A DNA stretch of 64,000 nucleotides from a virus, in the IMG/VR virus record IMGVR_UViG_3300010354_000061, positions 1-64,000 of that record. One strand, 5' to 3'. The notes under the pieces are model-generated. The model worked only from the letters and a program-made list of their open reading frames with translations. It was not told the origin of the DNA and ran no database searches. Of this stretch, positions 10,796-20,836 are shown piece by piece (position 1 is the stretch's first letter; the number at the start of each line of letters is the position of its first letter). The translations under genes were made by a program, and so were the position numbers.

Positions 10796-12271
10796 TTATT
10801 TTTCCAGCTTGCGCTCGAGAGTTTCAACTTTGTCACTAAGCTCTTTTATTGCTTCAATCAATAATGGAACTAGTCGTCCATAATCAAGGGTCATGTATTG
10901 TGGATCAATTGGTGCTGGCTGGACAATTTCTGGCAGCACGTTCTCCACGTCTTGAGCTGAAACACCAACCTCTGTTTTCGTGGTGTTATAACCAAGCTTC
11001 CCAGCTGTCTCGTTTCCTGTATAGTAAAAACCACTCAGCTGCTTCAATTTGGCAAGCGGGTCAACAATTGGTCCGACAAATTTTTTCAATCTCATATCGG
11101 AGTAATAAGCTGTAATATTACCTGTTGCTCTAATTTCACCAGATGTACCTGAAGCATCTGTAGCAACACCCAACGAATTAACTCTATAATTGTTTGTTGT
11201 AGTTAAAGCACCAGCTGTGCTTGCAAATGTTGCATTATCAACATAGGTTGCACCGATTGCGCTAACAATTTGAGCACCTGTTGCAGCAGTAAATGCTCCA
11301 GTACCATTACCACGAACAATGCCTGTTATTGATGTAGTTCCTGTACCACCACGAGCAACCTCGACGGTGGTAAACCCAGATCCCAAACTTCCGCTTGTCA
11401 GCGTTCCAACAGTAACAACGCTCGATGTTCCAGTGTAAGCGTTCAGCGCCGAAGTAATAGACGATGTCGTTGCATAGTCCGCAGCCAATGTACCACCAAG
11501 TCGTAAAGCGTTGTTTGCTGTGCCTGAAAAACTTGTGGAATTAACCACGGCTGATCCAATTGTAAGATTGGAAGCCGAGATTATAACATTAGAGGAAGAA
11601 TTGGAAATACGCAGAATTGTCGAATTGGCAAACGTATTTACGGTCGTATTACCAATATTAACATTGCCTCTGTAAACAAGAACATTGTTTGCATGCAGTG
11701 TGTTCCATATTGACGTAGTATTTCCAATGGAATAGGTGTTGTCATTTGGTACTAAATCACCCACAGCAATTTGATCCCCAATAAAAGTAGGAGGACCAGC
11801 AGTGAATGTTACGTTGCCATTGAACGTAACATTACTTGTAAATGTTCCAATGCCAGTAAATGTCATGTTACTTGAAACGTTTAACATGGCTCCACCCACA
11901 GCAACATTACCAGCAAGGTTAGCCGCCCCTGTTACAGTAAGACCCGATGCTGCAAGCGTTCCATCAATTGTTGTATTACTAGCAATGTTTAGTGTAGAAC
12001 CCCCTACAACAACATTACCAGAGAGATTAGCTGTTCCTCCTCCCAATACTAATGAGGAAGCAATCAACGTTCCAGTTATGGTTGTATTGCTGGAAACATT
12101 TAATGTGGCTCCACTAACAACAACATTACCAGCAAGGTTAGCTGTTCCTAGTACACTAACGTTTGCTGATGCAATGAGAACACCATCAACCGTTGTGTTG
12201 TTTATTGTAGAGTTAGATGCGTTGTTTGGTACTAGAATTCCACCTTCCGCTACGAATCTTGAGCCAGCCAT
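10796..12271 (-). CDS. tail fibre with C-terminal intramolecular chaperone (peptidase S74-like)
   Basis: beta-repeat shaft, then ITAYYSDMRLKK...GVSAQDVE.VLPE...DYGRLVPLLIEAIKEL coiled coil. Confidence 0.85.
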   Translation of the reverse strand: MAGSRFVAEGGILVPNNASNSTINNTTVDGVLIASANVSVLGTANLAGNVVVSGATLNVSSNTTITGTLIASSLVLGGGTANLSGNVVVGGSTLNIASNTTIDGTLAASGLTVTGAANLAGNVAVGGAMLNVSSNMTFTGIGTFTSNVTFNGNVTFTAGPPTFIGDQIAVGDLVPNDNTYSIGNTTSIWNTLHANNVLVYRGNVNIGNTTVNTFANSTILRISNSSSNVIISASNLTIGSAVVNSTSFSGTANNALRLGGTLAADYATTSSITSALNAYTGTSSVVTVGTLTSGSLGSGFTTVEVARGGTGTTSITGIVRGNGTGAFTAATGAQIVSAIGATYVDNATFASTAGALTTTNNYRVNSLGVATDASGTSGEIRATGNITAYYSDMRLKKFVGPIVDPLAKLKQLSGFYYTGNETAGKLGYNTTKTEVGVSAQDVENVLPEIVQPAPIDPQYMTLDYGRLVPLLIEAIKELSDKVETLERKLEK

Positions 12272-12280
12272 TTGCTATCC

Positions 12281-13030
12281 CTAATATGTGAACAACGTTG
12301 CTAAAATTTTAAGACTGGAGCTTGTTGCAGACTGCGTAAAGCTCACAGTAATAGTATTTCCCGATTGTGTTGCAGACAGCTCACCAATGTTTGCTGTAGC
12401 TGGAGACACAATTGTACCATAAACAGTCAGAAACACGTTAGCTCCAGAGTTTGTTCCAGAGCTTGCAGCATTCGATGCTAGCACAACTTCTGATATTTCT
12501 GTGTTAGAGCCATTTTTTGCTTGAATCGTTAATTTAGCTGTCGGTGTTGCCACAGCATTGATTGTGAATATATCTTGTGCAACAGTAGTGTTGGATCCTA
12601 AATCTGTGTTGCTAATAACAAGAAGTTGTGACACATCCGACATAAACAAGTTGGCAACTGTTACGGCGCCGCTAACAACAGTGTTTGTCGTAATTGTTAG
12701 ATTAGCAACACCATATGTTGCATTCATTCCTCCAAGCCCAGTCATAACACCGAACGTGTTAGCCGTGATTGTATTATTGGAATGCATTGCAGAAATTACA
12801 AACAAGTTAGCAGAAGATGCTACTGTACCTCCACGCAATGTGTTTGCGGAGAAATTTGTTACACTTAACGCACCATTAACAAAACCATTACCTGTAACAC
12901 CAGCACCCCCTGATGTAGTGTCAACAGTAACGGCATTTTCTGTCATGGCGAACAGCACTTCATTGGTTTGGTTCAACCATTGATCAAAAGTGTCTGTCGT
13001 TGCTTCAACGTTTGCGATTGCTTTAGCCAT
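12281..13030 (-). CDS. virion fibre/baseplate-associated protein
   Basis: N-terminal TDTFDQWLNQTNE motif; Asn/Thr/Ser-rich; context. Confidence 0.65.
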   Translation of the reverse strand: MAKAIANVEATTDTFDQWLNQTNEVLFAMTENAVTVDTTSGGAGVTGNGFVNGALSVTNFSANTLRGGTVASSANLFVISAMHSNNTITANTFGVMTGLGGMNATYGVANLTITTNTVVSGAVTVANLFMSDVSQLLVISNTDLGSNTTVAQDIFTINAVATPTAKLTIQAKNGSNTEISEVVLASNAASSGTNSGANVFLTVYGTIVSPATANIGELSATQSGNTITVSFTQSATSSSLKILATLFTY

Positions 13031-13229
13031 TTTGTTCCAACTTTACTATTTTTTCGTTAAGTGAATGTATTAAAGCTTCCATTGCATCAATTTTTTTCTG
13101 CATTGCCTTGAACTGCTTGTCTATAAGACGGGCCTGCTTATATTGCTTAAAAGCCTCAACATCAGTATTTATAAGAACGTTTGTAATGGGATCCCGAATA
13201 AAAGTTTTATCTTGAGAGCCTGTAATCAT
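13023..13229 (-). CDS. small coiled-coil virion protein
   Basis: FIRDP.TN.LINTD followed by heptad pattern; overlaps neighbours. Confidence 0.65.
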   Translation of the reverse strand: MITGSQDKTFIRDPITNVLINTDVEAFKQYKQARLIDKQFKAMQKKIDAMEALIHSLNEKIVKLEQNG

Positions 13230-16030
13230 ACCGATGTAGCAATTGCTCTTATATCGTTAATATATGGAACAACGCCCAACCTGTCTCTTGTCATAACAAC
13301 TTTGATAGCAAATTGTTGATAACCATCGTACCCAGCTTTATTACTGTCATAATATCTAACAATACTGTCATTACCGTAGTACTTAAATGCTTCAGTTGGA
13401 TACGATAGCTTCTCTACCGTTAGCCCTGTAGTAGTTGTAGTAAACACGCCTTGATCTGACAACACACTCTTTAACGATAATCTCGTGTTGTTTGCAACAC
13501 TATCAACAATACCTATATCATAAACTTGAGCATTTGATGGATCAATAATTGCAATAACATCATTAGCAGCAAGATTTCGTGATCTGTCTGTTAAAGTATG
13601 GCCTACTTCACTAGATCCTGCTGTCAAATCAATGTTTGCTCCACTAGCAGTGTTAGCAAGAGCTAGCGCTGTACTGTTTGCATAAACAACGTAGTAGCTT
13701 TCAGTGTTCGTCAGTCCTGTAATTGCAGTATTACCTGCACTGACTGTATATGTAACAATGTCACCATTAACAAACGGGTTACTTGCAATAGCAATATAAT
13801 CCCCAGTGTTGCTTACGGCTGTTAATGCATTAAATGTTGTTGGCGACCACGTTGTACCAATACCATCAAGGTTAGCTGTGGCGTTTGTGTATGATGCTGC
13901 CCCAGCAACAACAACTGTTTGGGGCTTCTTGCGGAACGTGTATCTATATTCTTTATAGTCAGCCAAGTCACTCGAAGAGCTATAAACATCAGCATTTGTA
14001 TCAATTATTAGTTCTGACCAGTCAATGTCATCCATTTTTCTGGTGTCTTCTCTTCCCCTAATTTTAACGTATACTTTAACATCTGTACCAGAAGGTCTAT
14101 AAGCTGTTACATATAGAAAGATATCTTCAGCATCGAGTTCTGGGTTGAGAGAAGAAGCTTTTGAAATATATTTTGCAGAAGCAGCACCAGCATTGTTAGC
14201 CCAATTTTCGTTAGTTGTATTGCTATTAATAAATGCTGAAGATACAAATAAACTTGAAGGATGGAAGGTAACCTTTGGAGACGAAAGATTAGATTCGGAG
14301 TTTAGATTAATCTTCAAGGCAAGCGATTCCATCGATGGACTGAGGGATTTGCTTTTCAACACAGCATCGTATGTTACAACTTGTGTATCATTAAGATTGA
14401 ATTTTTTGATTGTTGTATTGTTGCCAGTAGAAGAATAATTTGTTATTACAAAACTATCAATAGTTGTACCGAGCGGTGCAAAATTTTTGACTTTTGAACT
14501 AACTCTATCAATTGCTATTTGATCAATGCTAGTAACGTTAGCATAAGCAGTAGAAAAAGAAGTCGTGTTAGTGTAACTAGTACTTAGCAATGTGCCTAGA
14601 TATGTAGAATTAGACTCGCGAAACTTTATTGTAGTATTTGCAGTGCTGCCCTCAATACGCATTTTATTCGTTATACTGTTTATACCATCTATGCGTCCAA
14701 CGGGAGCCACTTGATAGGCATAAGCAATGTTAGCAGAACCAGCCGTAAACAAAGCACCGTTTGAAGCAGTAACAAACTCTCTTGGAATTGGATCTTTTAA
14801 CTGTATCAACGTATTATTGCCAGAATAAACAGTTGTTACAAACGTTTTAACATTATTAGCAACCCAAAACGCTGTGTTGGTTACAGCTGACGAAGATACT
14901 GGAGCGTCAATGGTAAATTCACTACTATTAGCTACAGCAACAACTTGACGAATACATCCAAAATGTTGACCGTTGGGACCGACTGAGAATAGCGTGTTGC
15001 TATAATCTGTGTTGCTTACGTTGGGTATAACAACAAAATCTCCCACTTGCAGAGCAGCAGTATTAGTACTTGTAATTGTTGTGCTATCTCCAGGTATTGA
15101 CGGAATATTTGTATAACCACTACTCCCTGGTGAAGCCTTAACCATATCAGGCTCAATGCGCAAAATAATAATACCACTACCACTATTAAAGTTTGTAAAG
15201 TTGGCTGATCCAGCAGTGTTGCTAATTTGAAAAGAGCCCACATCAATTGTACTGTCAACAAGTGGTCTATTTAAACTAATTATAGGACCAGTCAACAACG
15301 CACCACTATTAGCCGAAAAATAGCCAGCACCGTATGAATTTGTTAGCTGGCCCACCATTGTATCACGAACAAACGCAAATTTTTTATTTGCAAACGTGTT
15401 GTAAGAAATAAACTCATAGTCGTTAGGTACCAGCGTAATATCCCCAAACGTCTGATCAAATTTTAAAACTTGCACGTCGTATACAAGGTCCTCAGTTTGT
15501 ATTGGCGTCCATGTTGTTTGGTTTGTTGATAAAAACAAAACTCCCGGTGTCACATTATCTTGTGTCGAATATTGTATATTAGTTGCAAATACTGTTTCCC
15601 CCACTCTACCAATCCAAGCAAGGTAGTCGGTGGTGTTACCATCTGCGTAAGCAACGATTGCATATTCTGCATCATTTTGCAAAAATGCCGGTTCCAGGAA
15701 AACAAACGTCGTATAATCTGCAGCAGTTAAACCTGTAGCACTTGTACTAAGAGTGTTGATGTTATCAGCAATTTGATAAGTTCTCGCTAATACATTGTCC
15801 GGACCCATAGGGTAGCCATTAAACGTCCTTCTTATCTCGACTGTTACACCCGAATAAGGCAATAAAGAAGTAGCAATTGCAGGGTCCGATTTTGTTGCAA
15901 AAAGTAACTTGACAGCATAAACCCATTTACCACCGGCTTTTGTATCGACTGTTGTACGAAACGTTTGGGCCAGTGGACTAACGCTGTAAGATCGAATTGC
16001 TGGATCAGACGTAAGAGTTGTTGTACTCAT
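13226..16030 (-). CDS. VrlC-like virion protein, C-terminal half
   Basis: SPLAQTF near N-terminus; AKYISK...AEDI.LYVTAYRPSGTDVKVYVK; FAIKVVM...PYINDIRAIA terminus. Confidence 0.7.
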   Translation of the reverse strand: MSTTTLTSDPAIRSYSVSPLAQTFRTTVDTKAGGKWVYAVKLLFATKSDPAIATSLLPYSGVTVEIRRTFNGYPMGPDNVLARTYQIADNINTLSTSATGLTAADYTTFVFLEPAFLQNDAEYAIVAYADGNTTDYLAWIGRVGETVFATNIQYSTQDNVTPGVLFLSTNQTTWTPIQTEDLVYDVQVLKFDQTFGDITLVPNDYEFISYNTFANKKFAFVRDTMVGQLTNSYGAGYFSANSGALLTGPIISLNRPLVDSTIDVGSFQISNTAGSANFTNFNSGSGIIILRIEPDMVKASPGSSGYTNIPSIPGDSTTITSTNTAALQVGDFVVIPNVSNTDYSNTLFSVGPNGQHFGCIRQVVAVANSSEFTIDAPVSSSAVTNTAFWVANNVKTFVTTVYSGNNTLIQLKDPIPREFVTASNGALFTAGSANIAYAYQVAPVGRIDGINSITNKMRIEGSTANTTIKFRESNSTYLGTLLSTSYTNTTSFSTAYANVTSIDQIAIDRVSSKVKNFAPLGTTIDSFVITNYSSTGNNTTIKKFNLNDTQVVTYDAVLKSKSLSPSMESLALKINLNSESNLSSPKVTFHPSSLFVSSAFINSNTTNENWANNAGAASAKYISKASSLNPELDAEDIFLYVTAYRPSGTDVKVYVKIRGREDTRKMDDIDWSELIIDTNADVYSSSSDLADYKEYRYTFRKKPQTVVVAGAASYTNATANLDGIGTTWSPTTFNALTAVSNTGDYIAIASNPFVNGDIVTYTVSAGNTAITGLTNTESYYVVYANSTALALANTASGANIDLTAGSSEVGHTLTDRSRNLAANDVIAIIDPSNAQVYDIGIVDSVANNTRLSLKSVLSDQGVFTTTTTGLTVEKLSYPTEAFKYYGNDSIVRYYDSNKAGYDGYQQFAIKVVMTRDRLGVVPYINDIRAIATSV

Positions 16031-16061
16031 TATTTTACCTTGTATATTTTATTCTAATAAA

Positions 16062-19000
16062 TTAAAAAGAATTAAACCGAGTGTAATCATCTGTTAATAC
16101 ATCGAATCCTCCACCTCCTCGGTTATCAATATCTAATCCCAAATCAATGGTCGAGGTATTTGGAGGTGGTCTATAGACGTGTACGTTCGCAGTATTTGCA
16201 GGCGGAGGTACAACGACCGTGTTACTAGAAGCAGTGTTGCTAGTATTCCCACTAGGAGGCGGAGGCGGCGGTGGCGGTGGTGGTAGAGTTGTTGTTACAT
16301 CACGATTATCAATGACATCAACAGTATCATCATCGACACGATCTGGGTTTGGATCATCATCGTTAATGCCGCCACTTCTAAGTTGATCTTGTATTTGGAG
16401 CCAGAATTCTTGATCTCCTACCCAACGTGCTGTACACGAATCCAAATTCTCCATTGCCCACAAAGCGACATCCATGCCATAGGTTGAGCTGATCCATGCA
16501 AACGTTTCTGTCGAGAGAGGGTGACAAAGGATACCGCCTCCGCCACCACCGCCACCGCCACCACCGCCACCGCCACCACCGCCGCCACCGCCGCCGGGGG
16601 GAGGTGGAGGAGGTGGAGGAGGGGGAGGAGGGGGAGGAATAATAACTGGAGGACGTTGTGGTACAATGGTGGAACTAAACCCTCTGAAGCTACCTTTAGC
16701 AATAGAAACCGCAGCAGGCTCAAAACCTATCGCTTCTACATCCATTACAATAATTTCTTTCCGTCCAAATGTATAATATCGAGCAGGTATGTTGTATTGT
16801 ATTGACAGCTTACCATCTATTGAAGAAACAAGACTTCCAGCAGACCCTACCTGTGTAGAAGTTGGTTGCCAACCTGAATCGAACCCTCCGCTTGCGTAGA
16901 TACCATCGCTACCGCTTCCCTCACGCACACGAGAGTACATTTCTGTTCCTGTCAAGCTACTAGTCGTGTATGTCCACCTACTCATTGGTAATTCGCTTGT
17001 GTCACTTGCTGGCACAACAGCAGTTGTAACACTTGATGTAATATTTAATCCATCGAAAAACACATAATGTTTTCTGTTTGGTTGTAATCCTGTTACGTAT
17101 ATTGTAATTGTCTGGGGTTTGATATACTCATCGAGGCCTCCCGATCCTGCAGAGGTTGAGACATCATAAGGAGGATTAACATATATGGTACCGTTGTATT
17201 TTACAAACCCGTTAACAATATTACGCTGGGATGTTGGTTTGTCAAATTTTGCTTCCGACTTTAAGCTCGAAGATTCAAGAAACGCATGGCTTGCGTCTGA
17301 AACAACGCTATCAAGAATTGTTATGTTATTTGTATTAGCAACTTTCAACTTAAGAGGTATTTCAGCAAACACAGGTGTAGCAATTTCGTTAACAGTATCA
17401 ATTACAAAAGTTTGACTTTCTGTCGATTCAGAAAAACTTTTATCCTTCATTGGATCAACAAAAAAGCCATGCTTAAATCTTTCGAACTGTGTGTTAGACT
17501 CACTTGTAATCTTTAAAGATTTTGTTTGAGCTTCCATAAGACTAAATGATGCATAATATTCGAGTCTTTGGACTCTGTCGTTAATTTTTTGAATATCACG
17601 CATCGTATATCTTGTTTGTTGATTAGTGCTTGTTAAAACAGCGTAATCAACTCTACCAAGTTGCAAGGCAGCAGAATAAGCAAGGCTTGGATAAGGAGGG
17701 ACATGCAATTCACCCAGAACAAACGTGCCTGAAGGTGTTAGAGGAACATCTGGCTTAAGAGAAGGTAACCCCAGCACAACTCTAACGTTACCATGCTTGT
17801 CCATAACTACTTTATCACGTCGTGGAATATAATATGACATATCAGCTTCATAGAGACCGGACGGAGAAGGATATTTTCTTGATAAAGAAGAAACTGACTC
17901 TACGATAACGTTGGAATATGCAATATGGGTTGCGTTTGTTGTAGAGCTGTCGTATATCAAGGCTCCGCTTGCAGTATTGCTATAAGGAACGGTATTAGAA
18001 ACGAACGGTCTAAAATCAACAGCATCCCTCAAAGAAATTATTTTACCAGCATTAGTTTTATATACTGGTATATAAAGTAAGGAGGAAGGGGTGCCATTTG
18101 CATAAACATAGGATTCTAACGTAATATAATCGCCAACAACATCTCTCCTAAAAGCTAGAACTTGTACGAGTAAATTTTTTGTTGACGTCAATGTGAAAGA
18201 AGATTGGTTTTTCAGTTTTACATAAGAAAGACCATAAATTGAATCTTTTTGACCTGTCACAAGCTCAAAATTATTTACAATATTTGGGTCTGTATTTGCG
18301 TCAGCAAACGTGTCGCCTGAGCCTGCCCACACACCAAGAAGCTTGACTGCATTTGGTATACCGAGACACCACGGTCCATTTGGTAACGTAGCAGCAATAG
18401 TATTACTAATTTTAACATAATGTGTATCGAGGACAAGGTTGGCTGACGTCGGCGTCGCAATAGATGTACAAATTACTGATACGTTACCGATTGTAGATGA
18501 TGTTGCAACGTTACTCCATGGATTGAGAGTAAATGTTAGTGAGCCAGTTGCAGCATTAACCGTAAACAGCTTGGAGTTAACAATAGTGTTGTTCGGGCAG
18601 CTATACGCAACATTTGCATCATTAATAACAATGTTTGCTGTTGATGGGATTTGTGCAGAGGTACTGTTTGTTACAGCAACAATTGGATAATAATAACTTG
18701 TTGTATTGTTAGCAATCTTTATATGCAAACCATAGTTTTTATAAGCGTCAAACGTAGTAAGAAGGTTGGGAGTTCCTGAGCTAAGAACGAGCCCGTTAGA
18801 GTATACGTTTACAGAACCAGCAAGATTTGCAGAAACAATATTATCTCTCGAAACTACAACAAAATCAGTTTTTTGTAATTCTGACACTGGATCCGTTGTG
18901 TATAAAAACTGTTCGCCAGATGCTGCAGATAGCGAAAAAACACCGTTATTACTTACCTGACGGTCATCGGTTTGTTTTCTATAATAAAAGCTGTCATCAC

Positions 19001-20828
19001 TTATACTTGCAAGGGCTTTTACACCTAAAGGAAAAATTGTTGTTTCATACTGTGTACCAATCAACGCCACATTGTTGCTTGAGGATACTTCAGCAACAAA
19101 CTTGCTATTGGAACCAATCGCTTGTATGTCAGAAGGATTGAAACCTGAGTTTATTTGTACATCATAAACATATACATTATATTTGTTGTCCGATATTGAC
19201 CCACCAAAACCGTCGTATGATATTGAACGTACCTTTGCTGTACCAATAACTTTTGTAGTACCCAACGACGAGTTGAGGTTAGAAGGAACAGCTCCACCAG
19301 GCTGTACAATGCCCGAGTTACCTGTTGTAACTGTGTTGGCAAAAAGTGTGATTGTTTCGCCATATTGAATGTTTGCTATACCAAACCACTTGTTCTGTGG
19401 TACAGACAGGTAATTCTCATACGAAGTAGAAACTACTTGATTGTTGGTTGAAAGAGTCGTGTTTGCTTTAGGTATAGGTAATCTTATGTTGTTTGAAAGT
19501 TCATTTCTATGACCTTGAATATAAGCCACACCCTTTCCAACTATTACGTTAATAAAATTACTGTAATTTTCTCCATAAACAAGGCCAGCTTCTTCTGTAG
19601 TTATATTGATTGGTTTTAAAACATAGTTACCGCTTTCTTCACTTGTTCGTCTTGCAAGTTCAGTGTTGATGGCGTTAAACTGTGTTGATGTTTTATCTCT
19701 AGTAACATAACCGTTTTGAAATTCGACTAAAGAAAAGAAATTTTGCACTGATGGAACACCATCAATAACATCAGATAAATCGTTTGCCGATTTTACAACC
19801 AAAGTTGGTGTAAGTTTTAGCCTGTCTGCACCAGGAGCTTGATAATTTGTATATCCCTGGGCATTATCTAAAAGAGTTGTGTCGACGGAACTGTTAACAA
19901 TCGATTCCTCTGTCATAAATCCTACAGAGACGTTGTTTGGGTAGCCGCTATTAGTTGTCAGATATTTGGAAACAACAATTTCTTGAGGCTCAACGCGTAC
20001 AAAAAAGCCTTTTTGGAAAATAATACCATCAGAAACTTTCAATCCATATCCAACCCCTGTTCCATTGGATGCAACAATAGGCTGAGCAACATAGTTAATG
20101 ACACCAACGTTAGCGTTGTTGGGTGATGTTACAGCAGCTCCGTTAGCATAAACAATTCTAGTAGACAGCAAGTCTGGATCTTTTACGTAACCCTCACCTT
20201 TACTAATAACAACAACATCTGTGATCGAGCCAGCGCTGTTTGTAACAAGGCGACCATACGCATTTATTGTTGGTGCTGGAGACGTCTGAACAGCATATAC
20301 AAACATTGTATTTGTATAACCACTACCAGCAGCTGTGATTGGAAAATCTTCAACAGTTCCTGCTGTTCTTTGAGCAAAAAGTGTAGCTCCGTCAGCAAAC
20401 GTGTTCTGTGTAGTGTTTGATCCTAATGAAAGATACTTTACATAAAGAGTTTTTAAATCATTGTTTGCACTTGACTCCAAGCCATCTATTACATTAACAA
20501 CAAGAGCCTTTGCCCCCGTTGATTGATCAATAACGTAACACCCTTGAAGATCGTTAATATTGACATCATAATTGTCAGCGTCTAGGTCTTTTATTCGTAC
20601 AAAATTATAAAACGGATCGAGAGAAACACTGCAACCACTAATTATAGTACCGGTTTTATAGATGTTTTGCCCAAAACGCTCAATTTGACTCTGAAGAACC
20701 GATTGAAGCTGTGTTAGCTCCCTTGCCTGAATTGGAAAAGAAGGCTTAAAAAGAATTCGATGATAGTTTTTAGTATCATCATAATCATCGAAATACGGCG
20801 TGATATTGAGGTTCGTTTCTTGGGACAT
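16062..20828 (-). CDS. VrlC/DUF4815-like large virion protein, N-terminal half
   Basis: NITPYFDDYD..KNYHRILFKP..PIQARELTQLQS; APGADRLKL; RYTMRDI..INDRVQRLEYYASFSL; RFKHGFFVD. Confidence 0.8.
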   Translation of the reverse strand: MSQETNLNITPYFDDYDDTKNYHRILFKPSFPIQARELTQLQSVLQSQIERFGQNIYKTGTIISGCSVSLDPFYNFVRIKDLDADNYDVNINDLQGCYVIDQSTGAKALVVNVIDGLESSANNDLKTLYVKYLSLGSNTTQNTFADGATLFAQRTAGTVEDFPITAAGSGYTNTMFVYAVQTSPAPTINAYGRLVTNSAGSITDVVVISKGEGYVKDPDLLSTRIVYANGAAVTSPNNANVGVINYVAQPIVASNGTGVGYGLKVSDGIIFQKGFFVRVEPQEIVVSKYLTTNSGYPNNVSVGFMTEESIVNSSVDTTLLDNAQGYTNYQAPGADRLKLTPTLVVKSANDLSDVIDGVPSVQNFFSLVEFQNGYVTRDKTSTQFNAINTELARRTSEESGNYVLKPINITTEEAGLVYGENYSNFINVIVGKGVAYIQGHRNELSNNIRLPIPKANTTLSTNNQVVSTSYENYLSVPQNKWFGIANIQYGETITLFANTVTTGNSGIVQPGGAVPSNLNSSLGTTKVIGTAKVRSISYDGFGGSISDNKYNVYVYDVQINSGFNPSDIQAIGSNSKFVAEVSSSNNVALIGTQYETTIFPLGVKALASISDDSFYYRKQTDDRQVSNNGVFSLSAASGEQFLYTTDPVSELQKTDFVVVSRDNIVSANLAGSVNVYSNGLVLSSGTPNLLTTFDAYKNYGLHIKIANNTTSYYYPIVAVTNSTSAQIPSTANIVINDANVAYSCPNNTIVNSKLFTVNAATGSLTFTLNPWSNVATSSTIGNVSVICTSIATPTSANLVLDTHYVKISNTIAATLPNGPWCLGIPNAVKLLGVWAGSGDTFADANTDPNIVNNFELVTGQKDSIYGLSYVKLKNQSSFTLTSTKNLLVQVLAFRRDVVGDYITLESYVYANGTPSSLLYIPVYKTNAGKIISLRDAVDFRPFVSNTVPYSNTASGALIYDSSTTNATHIAYSNVIVESVSSLSRKYPSPSGLYEADMSYYIPRRDKVVMDKHGNVRVVLGLPSLKPDVPLTPSGTFVLGELHVPPYPSLAYSAALQLGRVDYAVLTSTNQQTRYTMRDIQKINDRVQRLEYYASFSLMEAQTKSLKITSESNTQFERFKHGFFVDPMKDKSFSESTESQTFVIDTVNEIATPVFAEIPLKLKVANTNNITILDSVVSDASHAFLESSSLKSEAKFDKPTSQRNIVNGFVKYNGTIYVNPPYDVSTSAGSGGLDEYIKPQTITIYVTGLQPNRKHYVFFDGLNITSSVTTAVVPASDTSELPMSRWTYTTSSLTGTEMYSRVREGSGSDGIYASGGFDSGWQPTSTQVGSAGSLVSSIDGKLSIQYNIPARYYTFGRKEIIVMDVEAIGFEPAAVSIAKGSFRGFSSTIVPQRPPVIIPPPPPPPPPPPPPPGGGGGGGGGGGGGGGGGGGGGILCHPLSTETFAWISSTYGMDVALWAMENLDSCTARWVGDQEFWLQIQDQLRSGGINDDDPNPDRVDDDTVDVIDNRDVTTTLPPPPPPPPPPSGNTSNTASSNTVVVPPPANTANVHVYRPPPNTSTIDLGLDIDNRGGGGFDVLTDDYTRFNSF

Positions 20829-20836
20829 ATTTTCTC

